Source of the DNA: Antedon mediterranea
Taxonomy: Eukaryota; Animalia; Echinodermata
Assembly: GCF_964355755.1 (NCBI RefSeq)
Contig: NC_092675.1
Coordinates: 10,101,812 to 10,165,811, forward strand
DNA: 64,000 bases
Direction of reading: 5' to 3'
Shown: positions 46,793 through 59,700 of the stretch, in pieces
Layout of the letters: the number at the start of each line of letters is the position of its first letter
How positions within the stretch are numbered: position 1 is the first letter of the stretch
Position numbers and translations under genes: made by a program
Notes under the pieces: model-generated
What the model was told of the DNA's origin: nothing
Seen by the model: the letters and a program-made list of their open reading frames with translations, nothing else
Databases searched by the model: none

Positions 46793-49700
46793 TAGTAGAG
46801 TAGAACTAATGAAAAAAAGGGGCCAACCTAAAAAAAATTGCAACAAAAGGTTTTTCAACGGATTTTGGTAGTATTGGGTCTACTAAACAACAGAAAAAAA
46901 GTCTCAAGAATTTCGACCCCCGGAAAGTGGTTTTTTTCAAGATGGCCGCCAAAATAGATAAAAAGTGAAAATGGCCATACCTCCTTAACTACTTGGTCTA
47001 TTGATATAATTTTGGTACCAACATACTCAGAACATGCATATTTATATTCGCTATAATAGAACATTTTGGCCAAAATTGACCGGAAATACCATTTCTGACA
47101 ATTTGACCTTTGACCTTGATATGTTGTATCTTGGTAATAACTGACCGTAGGAAAACAAATGATGGCTCAAATTGTTCAGAATGTACATATTTACATTTAT
47201 TGTAATGAGACATTTTGTCAAAAAATGGTTGGAAGTAAAGGTTATTGACCTTTAACCTTTATCTATGTAGAATTTCCATATCTCGGCAACTATGTGTGGT
47301 AGAGATTTAAAATTGGGCTCTAAATACTGAGAATATACTTATTTATATTTACTCTAATGAAACAGTTTGACAAAAAATGACCAGAAACGACATTTTTTTA
47401 CCATTGACCTTGACATGCTATATTTCGATAATGACTGACTGAGATACACTATTTATGGCTCAATTTGTTCAGAATATAATTATTTTTATTTCGTATAATG
47501 GTCTAATCTACCCATGGAATTAAGAGCTTTCCTGGAAATCAAGTAACTGTAATATTTTACATTTATTATATTATATTTAGAATATGAGTTCAAGTTCAAA
47601 TTGTTCAGAACATACTGTATACATTCTTAATAATAATAGTGAATAAAAAACCCGAAAAGTAAACAAAAACGAATATAATAATAATTTTAAATTTCTAATT
47701 ACGGTATAGCAGCAGTTGATTGGATATTGTGCATGTATTTAGTACGGCATCTTAAACAACTGTTCCAACTTCGTCTTCATCATCGTCATCAATCTTTCTA
47801 TCTACGTTGTCCCATTCTTCTAGTTGACACACTCCACAAACTGAAGCACATGCCAATCCATAGCGTCTACAACTGCAACATAAATCCAGTAGTACAGTTA
47901 CAAAGGATGATTTTCAAAGTTCTTCTGGAGCAGCAGTTTCCATCGTCATTATTGGCACAAATGTTTTATTACAAACTTTCCATCCCCACTTGGTAGCATC
48001 CATGGTATTATCTTTCTATAGCCATTGCATGATTTGACTGACATTCTGTAGCAGATGAGGTTGGTGGTAGTAGTTGTTGAGGTTTGATAAATGATTTACC
48101 CTCAACAACTTTCTTATTAAACAGCTTGCATCTGTAGCTATTTAGGAAATCCAGTGACTTGGCTCCAAAAAGAATAGACATGGCCTTTAATCCAAACTCC
48201 TCGATAGTTTGAAGTTTCTGATGCGGTTGAGTGAAAATATCGGCACACATCATTGTCATATTCTAGGTTACTTTCTATCAATTTATTGGTTTATTTGCCT
48301 TCCTAAAGATGTCTTTGGCTTCGAAGAGTGAGGGTGGAAACGGACTTAGTTCATATTTCATTACATCGTCTAGAGAGATTTGTCCTAACTGAATTTGATG
48401 GAAAGAAAGAAGAATTCCTGTCAAGGCATGAGAACAAACACAAATTTATCAACATGCTTTCATATGAGCTACAGAAAAAAGAATGTCCTGTACGACATGC
48501 AGCCAACGAGTTATGGTTATGATGCTTGGCTACCACTCCAAGGGTCCTGAGTTCAAGTCCCGTCACATGTCAGGATTTTTTCTAAGGACCAAATTACTCC
48601 ACTCCCAAAGACTTGTAATAAGACTTTGTTTTGTAGAGCATCTTGTGTATATGTTTGTCTTGTGAACCTCTGAGGGTCCCTAATGATCAGCAATAGCTGC
48701 GTGGATCACCCTCATTAAATATGGTTTAAAAAAAACAAAAAAAAAACAATGCCGATGTTGACATTGCTCTGGCAACAGTAACTTTGATTGGAGAAGACAC
48801 AGACTTACTGGTACTTTTACTGTATCATGTAAATACAACAAACCGAGAAGTGTACTTCAGATTAGACAAAGGAAAAGATGGGCCTACTAGAGTGATTAAT
48901 GTAACCAGATTGAAATCTGTTTTAGGATATAAAATGTGAAATGCATTACCCATAGTGCATGCATTCACTGGTTGTGATTCGACGTCTAGGATTTTCGGAA
49001 TCGGCAAGAAAGCGGCATTTAATAAATTGATTGAAAGTAACCCAGAATATGACATGTGTGCCGATATTTTCACTCAACCGCATCAGAAACTTTAAACTAT
49101 CGAGGAGTTTGGACTGAAGGACATGTCTATTCTTTTTGGAGCGAAGTCACTGGACTCCCTGAATAGCTACAGATGCAAGCTATTTAATAAAAAAGTTGTT
49201 GAGGGTAAATCATTTATCAAACCTCAACAACTACTACCACCAACCTCATCTGCTACAGAATGTCAGTCAAATCATGCAATGGCTATAGAAAGATAATACC
49301 ATGGATGCTACCAAGTGGGGATGGAAAGTTTGTAATAAAACATTTGTGCCAATAATGACGATGGAAACTGCTGCTCCAGAAGAACTTTGAAAATCATCCT
49401 TTGTAACTGTACTACTGGATTTATGTTGCAGTTGTAGACGCTATGGATTGGCATGTGCTTCAGTTTGTGGAGTGTGTCAACTAGAAGAATGGGACAACGT
49501 AGATAGAAAGATTGATGACGATGATGAAGACGAAGTTGGAACAGTTGTTTAAGATGCCGTACTAAATACATGCACAATATCTAATCAATTGCTGCTATAC
49601 CGTAATTAGAAATTTAAAAGTTATAATTATATTCTGAACAAATTGAGCCATAAATGGTGTATCTCAGTCAGTCATTATCGAAATATAGCATATCAAGGTC

Positions 49701-50302
49701 AATGGTCAAACATGTCGTTTCTGGTCATTTTCTGTCAAACTATTTCATTAGAGTAAATATAAATAAGTATATTCTCAGTATTTAGAGCCCAATTTTAAAT
49801 CTCTACCACACATAGTTGCCGAGATATGGAAATTCTACATAGATAAAGGTTAAAGGTCAATAACCTTTACTTCTAACCATTTTTTGACAAAATGTCTCAT
49901 TACAATAAATGTAAATATGTACATTCTGAACAATTTGAGCCATCATTTGTTTCCCTACGGTCAGTGGTTACCAAGATACAACATATCAAGGTCAAAGGTC
50001 AAATTGTCAGAAATGGTATTTCCGGTCAATTTTGGCCAAAATGTTCTATTATAGCGAATATAAATATGTATGTTCTGAGTATGTTGGTACCAAAATTATA
50101 TCAATAGACCAAGTAGTTTAGGAGGTATGGCCATTTTCACTTTTTATCTATTTTGGCGGCCATCTTGAAAAAAAACACTTTCCGGGGGTCGAAATTCTTG
50201 AGACTTTTTTTCTGTTGTTTAGTACACCTAATACTACCAAAATCCGTTGAAATACCTTTTGTTGCAATTTTTTTGAGGTGAAACCTTATTTCTACTCTAC
50301 TA
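46793..50302. mobile_element. Academ(X)-type DNA transposon derivative with fold-back structure
   Basis: Termini TAGTAGAGTAGAA...TTCTACTCTACTA, 3-bp TSD AAA. Decayed coding remnants on + (48330-49540): FLSRHENKHKFINML, ADVDI..IGEDTDLLVLL, HAFTGCDSTSRIFGIGKK (XPG/FEN-like nuclease), LPPTS..WGW and Cys-rich CNC...CSCRRYGLACASVCGVC. Arms 46793-48287 and 49021-50302 are inverted copies. Confidence 0.82.
48509..48747 (+). mobile_element. tRNA-derived SINE nested in the transposon coding remnant
   Basis: B-box GTTCAAGTCC (48551-48560), poly-A tail 48728-48746. Interrupts the motif VRHAAN...ADVDI. Confidence 0.7.
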
Positions 50303-51006
50303 AAAGGGTTCTTATGCGAGCACTGTGGTATTGTCTATGTTAGACAAAATTATACGACGAGGCATAATGCTAGTGTACACCTGCAAGTCCTGTGATACAA
50401 AGTTTGCAACAAAGCAGGAACTTGCACAGCATGAACAAATACACACTCCGAGAAAACCATCAAAACGATATTTTGAACCGTCGGTTATATGTGCAATAAT
50501 ATGTTTTTTAATTAAAAGTATTCCTTAATATATATATATATTTTTTTATAACAACAAACATGAAATGATTACATTATTATTAATTAATTATTGCAAGATG
50601 AAAAAATGTTTAAAAGTAAAATTGCTCATGTATATTAGCATAATTTATCTATGTATGATGTGTTTATACAACATTGACTATAATTTGATTACTAATATGG
50701 ATAATGCAGACTTTTTTTTCTTTCATACTAACATGAAATGATCATATTTTGTAAGTATTACATGGTGGAAATCGTTTGTAATATTTATTTGTACAAATTT
50801 ATCAGTGTGGTAGGTGTTATATTATACACATTGACGTTTTTAAAACTCAAAATATGATTTGCTTTTCATAGAAAAAAGTAATTGATGATTTTTTTTATTT
50901 CTTGTTAGAAATATTGACCACAACACAACATGTTTAGTATTTGAAATAAATGAAAGAAAATATAATGTTATCCAGTTCTACATTTAATTCCTGCTAAACT
51001 GTAATT

Positions 51007-51731
51007 AACAAGGCCAACAGCCATTAAGTCGCGTGCTACAATGCATAGTGATACCGGACCGACAGACAAACAGACCGACAGACAGACCGACAGACAGACG
51101 GACCGACCGACATAGTGAACTATACTGACCGAAATTACTGAACATGTTTAAAAATGTTGAAATGTTTAAAAACATTTATATTTGTTTAATTTACAAGTAA
51201 GTCAAGAAAACAGAAATCGGGCAAAAAGAGTGCGCAATAACATTTAACGCGCACTCATGGCAATTTTGTAAACGCTTAAAATTGCCTGAAACGTACTCTT
51301 ATTTCATCGAAAATAAATTTTGAAAATTTTAAGCGCGCGTACGCATGCGTTACATGCGCTACGCACGTAATTGTATTGCCATATGATGATTTATGCCCTG
51401 AAATTTATGAGTACCAAATTTTATTTAATTGTGATTCATGGTTGTTAAGATATGATTACAAACGTGATTTCGTTAAATCGTGCGTAGACCGCGTAATTTT
51501 TTATTGCGCACCGTGAAAACATAACCACATCGATTCCTGGCCATAAGGAATATTCTGTGAAAAATTGACTTAGCTAGATTAAACTGATATCAAGATAAGG
51601 TCATAAAGTGATAAAACGCATAGTGATACCGGACCGACAGACAGACAGACAGACAGACCGACAGACCGACAGACAGACCGACCGACCGACCGACATAGTG
51701 AACTATAGAGTCGCTTCCACGCGACTAAAAA
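51007..51731 (-). mobile_element. Helentron/DINE-like element, copy 3
   Basis: Reverse complement of 8004-8790 with (GACA/GACC)n tracts and the same terminal motifs. Confidence 0.82.
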
Positions 51732-51873
51732 TATATTGCCCCCCCCCCCTCGATCTAAAAAAAATATTTTATAATATACCCAATAAAACGTAATTTATAG
51801 GGAAAAAATCGAAATTAAAGGCTCTGATTAAATGTAACCGTTTATGAAATAAAAAACTGATCATTTCATTTAA

Positions 51874-54467
51874 AGGGGGATTCTGGGTTTAAAATTGCTT
51901 TTAAATATCGTTTATTTATTAAATAAAAAATATTATAACAATATAGACATTTCAGAACGAAGAAGTAATAACGAGAAATTAAAAAAATTAAATTTCACAT
52001 ACATTTTAGGGTAAATTCATGGAAAGTCTGTTTTTTAGCAGCTTAGGGAAGCTCATTAATATTCATGAGATATTCACAAAATCACGTCACCAGTGGATTC
52101 CAAACTCGCGACGTCATGTACGTTGTATTTGTCAACTAATTTACATCTCTCTCCCCTGTCAAACGACGACCACCATTGTGAAATACATTTTTTGTAGATT
52201 TTCTAAGCTTGGCCTAAAGTGTAATAATAACAGTAGTAGCATATATTTATTTGACATTTAATGAAATACAAAATTTAGTACAGATACGGAGTCATAAATT
52301 ATACTATTTTTATACCTCTATAGTACAGATCGTATTATCGGCTTCACGTACAATACTACTCTAGGCCTAGCCTAATAATAATATGGGTGAGAGCCATTCT
52401 GACTAGGGATTCCATGCCACGATGGCTACCAGGGCCGTAGCCAGGATCTGTCAAGGGGGGGTTCGGACACTAAATATTTGGGTCAACCCCCCCCCCCCTC
52501 CCCCTGGGGGTGGGGCCTGATGCGAAGCGAATTTTGTTAAATGACACCCCTAGATGGCCGGAAAAGACACTCTCGTGCAGCATGCTATATAACCAATGAG
52601 CAAAAAGATCGTACTTTTTTCCTCCTCCTCAAACACGTCGATAATTTAAATGACGATAACTATTTGTTGCCGTATGTTAGATGCGCGTGCTCTGTGCGGA
52701 ACCGCCGATTGTTTGATCATTTACTCCGTATTTTGTTTTGCGTTCAAGTTCAATGCGAACGTATATCTAGGAGCAGCCCCGAAAAAAGCACACTGGGTGA
52801 AGGCAAATGCTATTTGCTAGCTCTATCTATAATATTTATTTACAGTAATTTGTTGAGGAATATAAATATGTAAATAGGTGATATTGATACATTTTAGTAC
52901 GTATCGGCTGGTGGTCTAGAAAAAAATAATCGGATGCCATAATGTGAACTACAGTACTTGATACCATAGATATTATAGTGTAAAATATTAATATTCACTA
53001 TAATCCTCTATGATACAGTATACTTCATAGTCACACATAAATACTGATGTACGTCGGAAGGCTATATACTTTATGCATGCTGCCTGATTGCCAGTGATCT
53101 AAACAATTATAGGTACGCAGTTGTCTGGCGGTGTCCTTTGTACGAATCGTTCGTGGGCCAGCTCGTTTCATTCATTCATTCATTTGCAGCTTTTAGAAAT
53201 TTACAGACACGTATCACTAGTTGACGCTCATACAGAGAAGAAGGTTCACAAACAAGTTTACGAATTTTTCAATTTACAAACAACTTTTTGTACTGTGGGG
53301 CACGTATTTGGAGGATTTTTGGAGATGAGGGTGAGGTATTGGGCATGTCGGGGATGGGGGTTCGCAGTTGGTTAAGGGGGGTTCGCTGTAAAGGGGGGGG
53401 GGGGGGGGTTCGCCCGAACCATAAAAACCCCCCTGGCTACGGGCCTGGCTACGTTAAAACAATGGGGCCCATGGGCCTAGCTAGCCTACTACTAGACGAT
53501 TGGCCCATAAATAACAAAACCCATCCTATCAACCAAACTCCTAAACAATCTAAACCTAAAACATTCTACAAAATCGGCTGTAAATATTGAAGCAAAACAA
53601 GGTCCGATCGCCGTCCACACGTATGGTGTCCCGATCGTCTAAGTAGGCCTAAAATAAATAGGTTTAGTTTACTCTCCAAAAAAGCGCAGCGGATACTCAT
53701 GCATCAAGCAAGTAGACCAGGTAGTAGGAAGGAGACCTAGCCGATCCGGCCCAGTTAAAATTGAGCTAGCTAGTGTAGTAGACCCTATGCGAATTGATAC
53801 TACCAGGCCTTTTACTATAGGCTGCACTACACAAATATTCCAACTCTCTCATTCGAGCTATATTATCTATACCATTCCGGTAGGTCGAGTCGACCTTCAA
53901 TCAAATACTGTACATCGTTCATGTTGTGATTATAGACGGGGTATACTCGACCCGACCAGTTTGGTATTGTTGTATCTGCTTATCACGTGACGATGCCAGG
54001 CATGGGCAGCAGAGAGAGCACGTGTATCGTCGTCTCGCTCGATCCTCAGCGGGAATGTACAGTATACGTTACGCTTCATTGATTTTGATTTTTCCCTAAG
54101 TCGGTGCGAAAATCGGCAAACGTAAAGTGCAAACATATCTAATTTTTCACTGTTTTGATGAATTTTCATAAAAAATTGACTTTATAAATGGGAAGACCGA
54201 CTAAAATTACATCAGATAAGTATAATTTTACAAAAGTAATTGATATGGTTTATGATAACGAGTCGTCGGAAGATGGACCATTTCACGAATTTCCTATTTT
54301 GTAACCACAGTGTGATTTTGCCGTAGCTGCACTTGTAATCTGGCCTGATTTCACAGCCTTCGTTCTGCTTCACTGGGCGCTTATATAAATTGAAACTTTT
54401 ACCATTCAAGAGACAAACAAATATATTTTACATTTTTTACTATTCATTTTAAACCCGGAACCCCCCT
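51874..54467. mobile_element. Kolobok-like non-autonomous element with TTAA TSD
   Basis: TTAA|AGGGGGATTCTGGGTTTAAAAT ... ATTTTAAACCCGGAACCCCCCT|TTAA (20/22 TIR match). No transposase ORF recognised. Confidence 0.78.
52430..53447. mobile_element. hAT-like non-autonomous element nested in the Kolobok-like element
   Basis: TIR CAGGGCCGTAGCCAGG / CCTGGCTACGGGCCTG (15/16), subterminal GGGGTTCG repeats, flanking duplication GCTAC. Confidence 0.78.
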
Positions 54468-55058
54468 TTAAAGTGGGATATTCAATATTTTAGAAATTTA
54501 ACGTACCTTAAATATAGAGGGCGGGCGAGTTTATAATTGTTTTTTTCGCGGAATTGGGATGGCGTAATAAATAGGCCTGGATAAGGTGGTTTAGATAAAT
54601 GCTTCTTTCGAAGGTATTAATTGACTCTTATTTATACAAAATAATTGTTTAGTTATAACGTTAGTATGTGCTCTAAATAACTAATTAATATTTACTTAGA
54701 AGTTAGTGGGAATTTAGGCTAAGCCTAGCTTTCACGGTTTCTTCCGTCTCTTCCCTTCAGCAGGCTTCGGTAAAAACGGCATTTCACCTGTCTCAACTTA
54801 GGGCCTAGGCCTAGGTCTAGTTAGGCCTAATATAGTATATCATGATGGGTCATCCTAGACTAGGCCTACTGGAAAATCCCCAGATCATGGACTTTAGGAC
54901 TGTTTTAAGGGCCAAGACTGAATGACTAGGCCTTGGCCAAGATCATGTTAATAATTAAGAACTGTTGGTTATTCTTTTTGGAAACTGTATTTCCTGAACA
55001 CCCATTATTTATCTATCTAGGCAATACTACTACTACTAGGCCTAGCTATAGTCTATAG

Positions 55059-55529
55059 GGTAGCGGAACGATTCGGCCCTGAGACAATTCGGCCTGGGAC
55101 GTTTCGGCCAAACTTTATTTTCACAGAGACTATGGGGTAGTACTACTACTAGGGATAAAGATGCAAAAAAGCAAACATTTTGAAAACATTGTCGAAAATG
55201 ATCATTTTTTAGTCACGCGGACGATGTAAACAAGTTACGCCATCTGTTGGCCACTTGGCGAATGCATGAAATAAACAAGGTTTTCGAAGTAATAAATTGA
55301 ATATAAAATTATGTTTTTCCAGTAAATATCAACATTGTTAATATCAATAAAATACGGATTGTTAAACACCTTTAAAAACTTGATAATACCAAAAAAAAAT
55401 GAATATAAATTTGGTCTAAAGTGAGACGTTTCGGCCAACAAAGTGGGATGTTTAGGCCGAATCGTCCCACCAAAAGTGGGCTGAATAGTCCCGGACCGAA
55501 TCGTCTCATGGACGAATCGTCCTGGAACC
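55059..55529 (-). mobile_element. MULE-like MITE (family of 28472-28894)
   Basis: GGTAGCGG...GGAACC ends, CGATTCGGCCC repeats, exact 8-bp TSD GTCTATAG at 55051-55058 and 55530-55537. Confidence 0.82.
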
Positions 55530-56739
55530 GTCTATAGAGGCTTGACCGACCAGGCCTATTTATTATCCGCAATATGCGGATAACTTCTTGTATTGTATTG
55601 GATAATTTTTTTTTTCTGTATTATTCTTCTTTTTTTGTGCGTCCCGTTTCTCTAAACAGAACACATCAATACTTTTTGTGCACCTCCTATTTTTTAAAAA
55701 CGTCATTGCATGTGATTTTATGAATTTTAATGATTGATCATAGATTAAAAACCAAATGTCATTTTGTATGACACTTGGTGAAAATTTTATTCACATCAAA
55801 TGTCAACTTTCTTTCAATTGTAAACATTTTTCAAAATCATGCCTATTATACTCCTCAGGATCACCACCGTCGTGACCCCAAATTTGTTTAAACTTATAAT
55901 GCAAGTAAAGTTGTAGATATGAGTTAATGCAACATTGTTACCTCTCGGGTATTGTGACGTCATCGTATGGCCACCCGAATATAAATTAATTGTCTCTTTT
56001 GTCATAGCACATCACATTTAATAGAGCACAACTCACTTATTTATACCTCAAATTCTCCTAGATTTTGCTATTTGTTTGCTCAATTAATTATCTTTCGTAA
56101 GGTTTACGAACATTTTAATTTTGGTGACGTCATCATAACAAACAATTTAAATAACGTATTTTCATCCTTAACATTAAATTTCAATGTGTTATATTTTCTC
56201 AGAATGAAAAGAGACCCTTTAAACGGTTTAAACGGTTTCTGGAAGCTGTTAAATTCTAGATACGAATTCGTGTAAAAATGTTGCGTATGATGTTGGCACA
56301 TCATCATATGGCCAGTTAAATTATAAAAGTCGTATTTTCATCTTTTGCGTCATAGTTCACTTATCCAAATTTCTTTAACACTTTAATATGTTGTTGCTCA
56401 GATAATTTCCTTCCAAAATTGCTATCTTCGTTTTTCATTTTGATGACATCATCATGATAAAAATTGAAATAAAAGTTGGGCCCCGGATATGGCTAGGGAT
56501 AGAATAGAAGGCTGGGCTAGGGTCTAATTGAATGAAATAACATACAACATGAAATGCAAAACACTTTTATACTTTGATTGGCTTTTCACTTACATTCAAC
56601 AACTTTGCTCTTTCTATGTTTTTGCTCTAGCATACTATAAGTCTATGCATTACAAATAAGCAAATTTGTTCATCATTGATTTGTATTTTTAAAATTTTCT
56701 TTTAAGTTAATTTCATCACAAATTTAGAGGTTTATTAGG

Positions 56740-59700
56740 ATGGCAGAGCAGAAAATGCAGACTACTACAAAGCTCTGGGAATGCCAGAAAAAGCTGGGAT
56801 CAGGTGGATTTGGCGATGTGTTTCTTTACAAAAATAAGGTATTTAAAGAATGTTCCACTGAAAAAATAATTCTTAACATTTTAATGTCACCTAATAGTTC
56901 CACTTTGACTAAAAATGTTATCGAAAAAAAAATGTACTTAAAAAACTGTAATTTAAATCATAAAATAACCAATGGGTTTTAGACATTAAACTAACCTTAA
57001 AGATGTATTGTCTTCTAAAACACGAAAAATAAAGATTAATCAGACTTTTAATAGGTTTTTTAAAGCTAATCACTTCTGTAGGGAAAAATAAAATGACAAA
57101 ATAAATGGTTAATTCAAGCAAAAACCCATTGGCCGGCACGCAGTCAATGTGACAGTTTTTTGCTGTACATTTGTTTCAATCCAACTATTACAGTATGTGA
57201 CAACATAATGGCAAAATAGAAAAATATATATTTCTTCATGGGGACAATACATCTTTAAATCAGTTAGTTGAACAAGAATGTTGCTTCTCCCAATGTGAAT
57301 GCACTTCATTGTGCCTGTGTGAGCCCACAGGCTCATTTACACTAGGACGATAACGATTGATGATAAATATATAAGCATGCATTTATTTTACATTAAACAA
57401 AAGAAATTAGAAAGGTTTTTGTTCTAGAACTATAGGATAATCATTTATGCTGTCTTTGATAAAAATAATAATTTTAAAATTCCAATAAAATGACGTCATA
57501 ATAAATAAAAGCAATAAAGACTAATTATGACGTCATTTGATTGGACGTGTGAAAATATCATTATAGATGGTTTTTCTATTTTCTAGAATGAACAGTTTTT
57601 TATATTTCTTTTGTTTTATGTATGAAAAATGCATATTTGTCTATTTATCGTCGATCTTTATCGTTCTAGTGTAAATGGGCCATTACTGTATGTTTACTAC
57701 TATACTGTTGTCAGTGACCAATAAATGGGTCATTACTGTATGTTTACTATACTGTTGTCAGTGACCATTAAATGCAATTATATGTTTATACTGTAGTTAA
57801 CATTTAATCTACACAATTTATTTTAGGAAAATGGCGAGCAGATTGCGATCAAAAGGTGCAAGCTTGATCTAGATGGTCAGATCCTCCACCGATGGCAGCA
57901 GGAGATCAATATTATGCACAAATTAAACCATGATAATGTGGTGAGGGCATGTCAAATTCCAGAGGAACTTATAGAACCAGAAGCCATACCATTACTGGGA
58001 ATGGAGTTTTGTCAAAACGGTGATCTTAGGAAGGTAATGAAGTGACTATAAATAGGAGTAATTGGTTTAAAGATGTATTGTCCCCCAAAAACTGAAGAAT
58101 GAAGATTAATATTAAATCATACTTTGAATAGGTTATTTTGTAGTTTTACAGTAGGTAAAGTTATGTGACATTAAAATGGCATTTTCAACAAAAGCGGGGC
58201 AATACATCTTTAATTGGGTATGAATTTTTAAAGTGCAAAAAAAGTATTTTGACACGATGTGTAAACAAAATAAGGAAGGGAGAAAGTGCAAGCTCATGCC
58301 TGCAACCAAACCGATAAATTATAAAATACTTTATCCATTCTGTAATTGGCGAGTTGCATGCATATGAAATAAAACATTAAAAAAGTATGGAGATAAAAAC
58401 TAATGAAATGCAGTTACTGTAGCATAGCACCTATGATTTTTGGCCATTCTTTGGATTAAGATGCCTGCTTTCCTAGTGAAGCTATACAAACTGATTGACA
58501 GGCATAAAAACCAATGGAGTATATTATAATATTAGTGATTCACTAGGTATAAAGAATAAATGGGGTCATTTTAAATTACTGGCAGAAGGTATTAAAATGT
58601 TTAAAATCATTTTACAAATTTCTTTGGAAGATAATGGAAAGTATTTAAAATTATGATTCCCTTTTTTTTTCAAGATAATGTATTATTTCAATGCTTTTTT
58701 CTTCATTAGGTTTTGAACTCACCTGAAAATGTGTGTGGATTGGATCAAAGTACAGTGCTTACATTAGCCAAACATATTGCTTCAGCTGTTGAATACCTGC
58801 ACTCCATGCGGGTAATTCATCGAGATCTAAAACCTGAAAATGTTATTATGCAGAAGAATGAAGACGGAACGGTGGGTAGTTTTTATTAAAATAAAAAAAG
58901 AAAGAATATTAAATGAAACACTACAACCAACCCTGTTCAGTTTTTTACGTCCCGAAAGTGTCTGCTACTGTAGGTCAAATCATAATTAATAAATACAATA
59001 GGTACAAGAAACTTTATTTATCTTCGTAAAAAACAAAGAAATGTTGGTTGTCAGCAAATCTGATTAAAAAGATACACATACATAAACAGACTATAAAATG
59101 ACAAAAAGTGTAAAAGTGTAAAGGTATAAACAGTAACATTAAAAATCCTTAAAAAGTTAAAATCGTATTGTTACAAATTACATTCTAGAGACACCAAATA
59201 TGATTAGAGTTTGGCACAAAGGAATTTCTAAAAAGACATCGCACATTACATATATATTATTATTGTTGTTTATTTATTGTATGTTAAATTTACAGATTAC
59301 ATATAAATTAATTGATCTTGGATATGCCAAAGACATGGACCAAAGTAGCATTGCTAGGACATTTGTGGGAACTCTTCAGTACCTGGTAAATATGTTATTC
59401 CTATTCACCACTGCTAGTAGGATTGAAAGTCATGCCCTTTCAAAGTAATCCCCTTAAATGACCCTTTGCCAGCACTTCCCAATTCTCCTGATAATGGCCG
59501 GAGTCTCCAGATATTTGTAGTCATCTCCCGATAAAATGCAATTTCCTTCCGAAATTTTGGATAAACAAAACATTATAAGGATATTTCTATTCTGCTTGAT
59601 AAAGAAAAAGAGAAAATAAGCTTAATATAGGTCTGCAAGATGTAATATTAAATTAATAATAAATTATGTATTGTTTGATATTAGTGAATAATGATCAGGC

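Larger units (their letters stand above)
46222..50480 (+). pseudogene. C2H2 zinc-finger pseudogene interrupted by a transposon
   Basis: Acceptor TTTTACAG at ~46221, then an acidic ORF and finger remnants CTNC...FHDHFHKC and FECKECK*IFHHKWSCDNHSCHTK. After the insertion: GFLCEHCGIVYVRQNYTTRH and YTCKSCDTKFATKQELAQHEQIH. In-frame stops (46496, 46742) and several frameshifts. Confidence 0.8.

Noticed and set aside
47727-49577. Duplicated 89-aa protein gene (identical ORFs on opposite strands)
   Set aside because: These are antisense frames of the decayed transposon coding sequence, duplicated by the inverted repeat.
52541-54409. ORFs inside the Kolobok-like and hAT-like elements as transposases
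   Set aside because: Short, with no DDE or other recognisable transposase motifs.
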